From: Alloascoidea hylecoeti
Taxonomy: Eukaryota
Direction of reading: 5' to 3'
DNA length: 42,882 nt
Assembly: GCA_001600815.1 (NCBI GenBank)
Contig: BCKZ01000004.1
Coordinates: forward strand, 1,391,566-1,434,447
Shown here: positions 38,078-42,882 of the stretch, piece after piece
How positions within the stretch are numbered: the stretch's first letter is position 1
Layout of the letters: every line of letters begins with the position of its first letter
Program-made: the position numbers and the translations under genes
Notes under the pieces: model-generated
Seen by the model: only the letters and a program-made list of their open reading frames with translations
The model's database searches: none
What the model was told of the DNA's origin: nothing

Positions 38078-38102
38078 CAATGTTTCCACTTAATTCCGGC
38101 CA
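38078..38102 (+). mobile_element. Isolated terminal repeat of the MITE-like family
   Basis: TA|CAATGTTTCCACTTAATTCCGGCCA matches the termini at 5993 and 31562; no clear partner end. Confidence 0.45.
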
Positions 38103-38264
38103 CGTTTTAATGTATATGTATGTGGGGAAACTTTATTGAATTTGATAACATACTGGATTGTTGGCCAATATGGTGCATAAAGTACTAACTTAGCCAGCCT
38201 ATATTCTACTTTCAATTAACTGTTCTAAATTCAATATTTATATTTTTACCCAGAAATACATTTT

Positions 38265-38623
38265 TGCTGGATATATTACACTCTCGGAATTCACTAAAGA
38301 GTCGATTGGCTCTTTGGCGCAACTGGGAGAACAGGCACTTTGAACTTTAACATGGTAGCGGCGCAGTACGGGAGGCAAGTACACACAACAGGATCGTCGT
38401 CACAGGTGATAAACGTACAACAATCGACTCGGTAGAATTATCAATGCTGCCAAAATTAACAATCGACTGTTTACCACAATCCTTCAAAACGTGGGAATAT
38501 CTAATAAAATCAACCTTAAGAAGATTAAACTTATCTGAATATATTTTAGATGAAACCATATATGATGATCTTCCAACTGAAGACGTTCTTTCTATAATAA
38601 AACTCTACTATGCATCAGAATAA
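38265..38623 (+). mobile_element. 5' end of a Ty1/copia-like element: 88-bp LTR (38265-38352), primer-binding site (38353-38364) and gag-like remnant (38444-38623)
   Basis: The LTR ends TTTAACA and is followed at once by TGGTAGCGGCGC, 11/12 to the complement of the S. cerevisiae tRNA-iMet 3' end as I recall it (TGGTAGCGCCGC). The ORF MLPKLTIDCLPQSFKTWEYLIKSTLRRLNLSEYI resembles a copia Gag N-terminus. Confidence 0.7.
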
Positions 38624-39661
38624 ATCCAAGAGCATCAACCAACAAGAGTCCACGAGCCGACAATTTTTTGTTCTCTGTATCCTACGTATATTACGATTAA
38701 GAATGGTCAACAATTGTAAGATTCAAATTAAGTTGAAGTTTCTAATTGAAATACCAATTAATGGTTTAATTAAGCTTCAGCAGCGCTACAATGAATGTCT
38801 TTTGTTTTCAACCAAAATTAAGTTATTTTTTTAATAGGGGAATAATTCTATATGCTCTAATCACTATTTAAAGTGGAGGGAAGATATTTATTGCACTATA
38901 CGCATGTTTAAATTAAGCTTTTAAAAGTTTACTTCCACGATCCTCTCATCTTAGCTATTCCTATTTCTAATCTTATAAAGAATTTTATATAATAGTTTTA
39001 ACGGGAGATTAGTATATTTGGAAGAGCTACACAATTATTTAAAGGTTGTAAGGCATAACTTGATTACGTCTACCGTATCTGAATCAATACAATCGCGAAA
39101 AAGTTACGCTCACTTAAGTACACAATTAGGTAGAAAGTTAGATAGAGTGTTAAATAGAACTCAAAGGTTAGTTCACGATTTAGCCTCATCAGAAGCCACC
39201 TTCTCTTTTATTATCATCTAATGAATGAATCAATTAGAACCAATGGGGAGATATCTTTTCTATTTCTATATATATATTGCTATTTAATGAGTATTGAATA
39301 AAATGATTCTAGTTGATGAATGTAATGTGGCCAATGACTATATATAACACGGTAAATGTTGCGATTCTATTATTAAAGCTTGATGTATTGATTCCTTCAC
39401 TTATTTATCTAGCTAACTGTATGTTTTTTCTATATAATTTCATAAAAGTACCATGGAGTTAATTTATTAGTTAATCACTTGGTGAGAGGATATGCGGATT
39501 ACAGTCAATAATATGTCATACTACCTCAAAATGATTTTTTCGGGGAAAAAAGAGATATAAAGCAAAACATTGGTGTTTTGAAAACTATATAATTGATAAT
39601 ATCTGCGCTTCATATAAAATATATAGAGCACTGTTATAATGTACAATTGTACTACATAATA

Positions 39662-39754
39662 TGTTGGATATATATTACACTCTTAGAACAGTTCACTAAA
39701 GAGTCGATTGGCTTTTTGGCGCAACTGGGAGAACAGGCACTTTGAACTTTAACA
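39662..39754 (+). mobile_element. 93-bp solo LTR
   Basis: TGTTGG...TTAACA flanked by the 5-bp duplication TAATA (39657-39661 / 39755-39759). Confidence 0.88.
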
Positions 39755-39877
39755 TAATACATTCTAAAGTAACCTTCATAAAGCGGTGGGAACTCGGGCT
39801 CTAGAAAATGCATAATAGTGTATATAGCTACCTACTAACCTGATAAATCAGTTAGCTCAATTCAATCTATTGTCAAT

Positions 39878-39968
39878 TGTTAAAGTTCAAAGTGCCTTTT
39901 CTCCCAGTTGCGCCAAAAAACCAATCGACTCTTTAGTGAACTGTTCCAAGAGTGTAATATATCCAACA
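39878..39968 (-). mobile_element. 91-bp solo LTR
   Basis: Same family, with 3 substitutions and a 2-bp deletion relative to the 39662 copy; 5-bp duplication TCAAT (39873-39877 / 39969-39973). Confidence 0.88.
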
Positions 39969-40149
39969 TCAATTGATTATTAGAGAGAGATATTAACGTT
40001 AATATTAATAATTTCACAATTTTTCCTACCACAACTGCACTTTAACTAGAGGATAGTTACCTTAGTTACTGATGACTTGTATGTGCATAAGGATAGAATA
40101 GTAAACGATTTTTCACTGCTTAATACAGTTTAGGTGGGTTTGTAAAAGT

Positions 40150-40270
40150 ATGCATATACCAAGAACAATGTTAAATCATACCTAAATAGAACACTACATA
40201 AAATCAATAAGAATATTGATTGTGTAGCCTAAACCAAACTATGCAAATGCATATCTCCTAAATCGAAATT
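40150..40270 (+). pseudogene. Highly degenerate copia integrase-like remnant
   Basis: LNRTL (40182-40196) and NYANAYLLNR (40237-40266) occur in different frames and resemble the copia integrase ER.NRTL...A.Y..NR pattern. Confidence 0.35.
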
Positions 40271-40883
40271 AGCATATTATTAACTAGTAATATTTAACTT
40301 TAAGAATCCTATTCCTGAACAGGATTAAATAAGAAAAAATGATTCACAAATTCAAGAGCTACAGTAACAAAATTTGATTTGGAATAACAAACGCAAACGC
40401 AAACGCAATCACAACACAATACAATATGTTTGTTTCTAATTATTACCGAAATTTAATCATTAAGGATCACTACTGTAACTAAAAATCGTTTTGTCGAACT
40501 TGGACAAGTATTCTCTAGTATCAGAAGAATAAGCGAACATCATATGAATGATATAGAAGGCTATTATAAGATAGTTAAGGGTTTAAAATTTGCACGCAGA
40601 TATATTATTCAAGATGTCCTAGGACAAGAGTGCTGAAAGGGATCAGAATTTTAATGAGGCTTTCAGAAAATAGTGAATCCGAACAACGGTTGTTTAGAAA
40701 TAAAAGACAATTGTTTGTAATTACCACATTCGTATAGTGTCTGACTTATTGGGAGAGGACTTGTATGAATATTTGAACAATGCTATCACCCCATATAATG
40801 TTATTCCTAATATGGTGATGGGTAGTTTATATAATTTGTGAGATATACAATCTATCATGGAGCAACTGATTCGATCCATTGGG

Positions 40884-41321
40884 TATTGGGTTTACTAGCT
40901 TGAAACATCATGGCTGGTTTAGAAGATCTACATTATTTTTGAGGGGTAAAATAAATTACATATATATAGAGTAGATGATTTCCACTTATAATAAGATAAC
41001 TGAGAATAGATCAATAATTTTCCTATAACGCTTTAAAATCGCTTACACAACAATGAGCTTAGAACTTTATATTAAGCAATTAAATGAAACTATGCAAGAA
41101 TTTGTGAAGCTCAAGGAGGAGAAGGAAACTCTTGCATAGTTTCATTTAATTGTTTAATATAAAGTTCTAAGCTCATTGTTGTGTAAGCGATTTTAAAGCG
41201 TTATAGGAAAATTATTGATCTATTCTCAGTTATCTTATTATAAGTGGAAATCATCTACTCTATATATATGTAATTTATTTTACCCCTCAAAAATAATGTA
41301 GATCTTCTAGTAAACCCAATA
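40884..41321. repeat. Two LTR copies tail-to-tail forming a fold-back (arms 40920-41103 and 41126-41309, 22-bp spacer)
   Basis: 184-bp arms with 2 mismatches seen; a further 16-bp match at 40883-40898 / 41307-41322. The minus-strand copy directly follows the polypurine tract of the pol fragment, so it is that element's 3' LTR. Confidence 0.85.
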
Positions 41322-41331
41322 CTCCTTCTTC
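41322..41331 (-). other. Polypurine tract GAAGAAGGAG
   Basis: Lies between the pol stop codon (41347-41349) and the LTR start at 41321. Confidence 0.75.
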
Positions 41332-41346
41332 ACTAACACCAAAACG

Positions 41347-42377
41347 TCAATTAAAACTAATTGGTTTAGTGAACCTTAACTTCTGTAATGATTTCTTAAA
41401 CACCAATTTATTAACAGGTTTGGTAAGAAAATCTGAATAATTATTTTCAGACTCAACACGAGCAAGTTTTTCTTCTCGGTTATTTCTAAACCTGTTTCTT
41501 AAATCTCTCAAAACAACGTCTAAATTAGCTCTTCTAGCCTTTACTTTCGGGTTCTTAATCCAAGNTTCAACATTTTTATTGTCCTCATAAAACGTTATGT
41601 CAAACTTACCATAGATATGAATCAAGACCTCCTTCATTGAATCATAAGCTTCAACACCATGATCAAGGGCATAAAGCTCAGAGATAGAAGTACTTCTACT
41701 CAACTTTTNTTGTTTTGAAGAAGTCCAATAGCATAGATTTTTATCAACCATAATGACTACACCNCTCGTACTTTTTCTAGTACTCAGGTCTCCTGCATAG
41801 TCGCTATCGATATATACTTCAACAGATGTATTGTCAACAGCTCCTTCATGTTTCTCAAATAAAATGCCATTTTCAATATTATTCATCAAATATTTCATAA
41901 TATCTAATATCAATGACCATGTTTCTTTACTCTCTATGCTGGTAAATCTACTGAGATATGATGTGATATATGACAAGTCTACNCTTAACCAATTTGCTAA
42001 ATAAAGTAGTTTGCCAATGATGGTTTTGTATTTGGAATCATTATTAATTATTATGTTCAATAGATCCTTATCTAGATAATTGTTAGGAATATAAGGAATT
42101 TCATGATTCCCCTTGTATTCATGCTCCTTCAAGTTCATTATATCGCATAGCAGTTCTTTAATAGCCGCCGGTTTATTGATAAACACAGATTCAATCGTAT
42201 TATTGATCAATTTAATATCAACATCTAAACCAAGCAATCTAAATTTAAAGTTGTCTTTGCCAGCTTCAGGAGTTTTCCATTTAACGGAGTATTTAGATTC
42301 TGGAAAAACAACAGAATTCATAAATGTAAGATCTTCAGCACTCTCGTAGATAATTAGGGCATCATCTACATATAAAC
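41347..42377 (-). mobile_element. Ty1/copia pol fragment: C-terminal reverse transcriptase and RNase H
   Basis: Frame continues upstream of the listed Met to SLYVDDALI (YVDD at 42361-42372). Also LLGLDV, YKTIIGKLLYLA, and RNase H motifs YIDSDYAG, ELYAL, EDNK, NYSDFLTK. Truncated just upstream of YVDD. Confidence 0.93.
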
Positions 42378-42700
42378 TATTGGATATATAGTTATATAAT
42401 TAAATTAAAATAGTTTTTGTTATTACATAGTGTTAAAGTTCAAAGTGCCTGTTCTCCCAGTTGCGCCAAAAAGCCAATCGACTCTTTAGTGAACTGTTCT
42501 AAGAGTGTAATATATATCCAACACATAGTTTCATATATATGGGGTGATATTTATGAAGATCTTCATTTCCCTTATATATTAGCGAGTGGCCACATTATTT
42601 AGTTTTAGAAAACACACGTTCTTTATAATATAAATTTATTACCAACTATGCCTCCGAAACAATTCAAGGACATCGCCACTGATGAGCCCATAACCCAACA
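42378..42700. mobile_element. Probable LTR (about 225 bp net) interrupted by a 93-bp solo LTR
   Basis: Bounded by TATTGG...CCAACA and non-coding; separates the minus-strand RT from the plus-strand integrase. Flanks TAAAC and GATCT do not match. Confidence 0.55.
42431..42523 (-). mobile_element. 93-bp solo LTR, nested
   Basis: Reverse complement is identical to 39662-39754; 5-bp duplication CATAG (42426-42430 / 42524-42528). Confidence 0.9.
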
Positions 42701-42702
42701 GA

Positions 42703-42882
42703 TCTGTTGAATCTCCTCAAAGTCAGGGTTCTGTTGAGAAGGAGAATCATGTGGNTTTGAATTTGGTCAGGTCCATTTTACACGATTCTAACCTCGGTGA
42801 TAGATTTTGGGATCTAGCTGCAAAATATGCAATTGTGACTCGCAATATCATTTTGGGTAAATTTAATCAATTGGGAATTAAT
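42703..42882 (+). mobile_element. Ty1/copia integrase fragment, runs off the window
   Basis: Translates SVESPQSQGSVEKENHVXLNLVRSILHDSNLGDRFWDLAAKYAIVTRN, matching the copia integrase pattern PQ.NG..ER.N......RS.L..S.L...FW..A..YA...N. Confidence 0.8.

Noticed and set aside
39662..39968. A single TIR element or TRIM made of the two adjacent copies
   Set aside because: Each copy has its own distinct TSD and they are inverted rather than direct.
40389..40422. (AAACGC)3 and CACAA repeats as a telomeric seed
   Set aside because: Only three units and internal; a simple microsatellite is sufficient explanation.
38265..42523. The 93-bp repeats as a CRISPR array, tRNA or SINE
   Set aside because: They are dispersed, in both orientations, have TG...CA ends and 5-bp TSDs, and show no cloverleaf or B box; the context is eukaryotic.
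42684..42695. GGTTATGGGCTC (minus strand) as a Ty5/copia half-tRNA primer site
   Set aside because: It lies inside the apparent LTR terminus rather than directly after an LTR's CA end.

Overview
AT-rich (about 30% GC) budding-yeast (Saccharomycotina) genomic DNA. It uses the standard code (CTG=Leu) and is unusually intron-rich: 11 short introns can be reconstructed in 4 genes. Positions 1-34.3 kb hold housekeeping genes: ERG26, ILV1, an ENT1/2 epsin, SSL1, LNP1, MNS1, KCH1, an IRA1/2 neurofibromin-like RasGAP, and a divergent SCL1/HOS2 pair. Intergenic DNA carries several short TA-flanked elements with related terminal inverted repeats (a MITE-like family). At 35.6-37.8 kb, two apparently identical genes for a secreted Cwp1-like protein form a 573-bp inverted repeat around a 1,073-bp spacer. 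The last 5 kb has no host genes and is a nest of Ty1/copia fragments. It contains four copies of an 88-93-bp TG...CA element: three are solo insertions with their own 5-bp target duplications, and one is followed directly by a tRNA-iMet-type primer site and a gag-like remnant, suggesting an ultra-short LTR. It also has a fold-back of two LTRs with 184-bp arms, LTR termini starting TA rather than TG, an RT/RNase H fragment and integrase fragments. Gene names come from remembered family motifs; no database searches were run.
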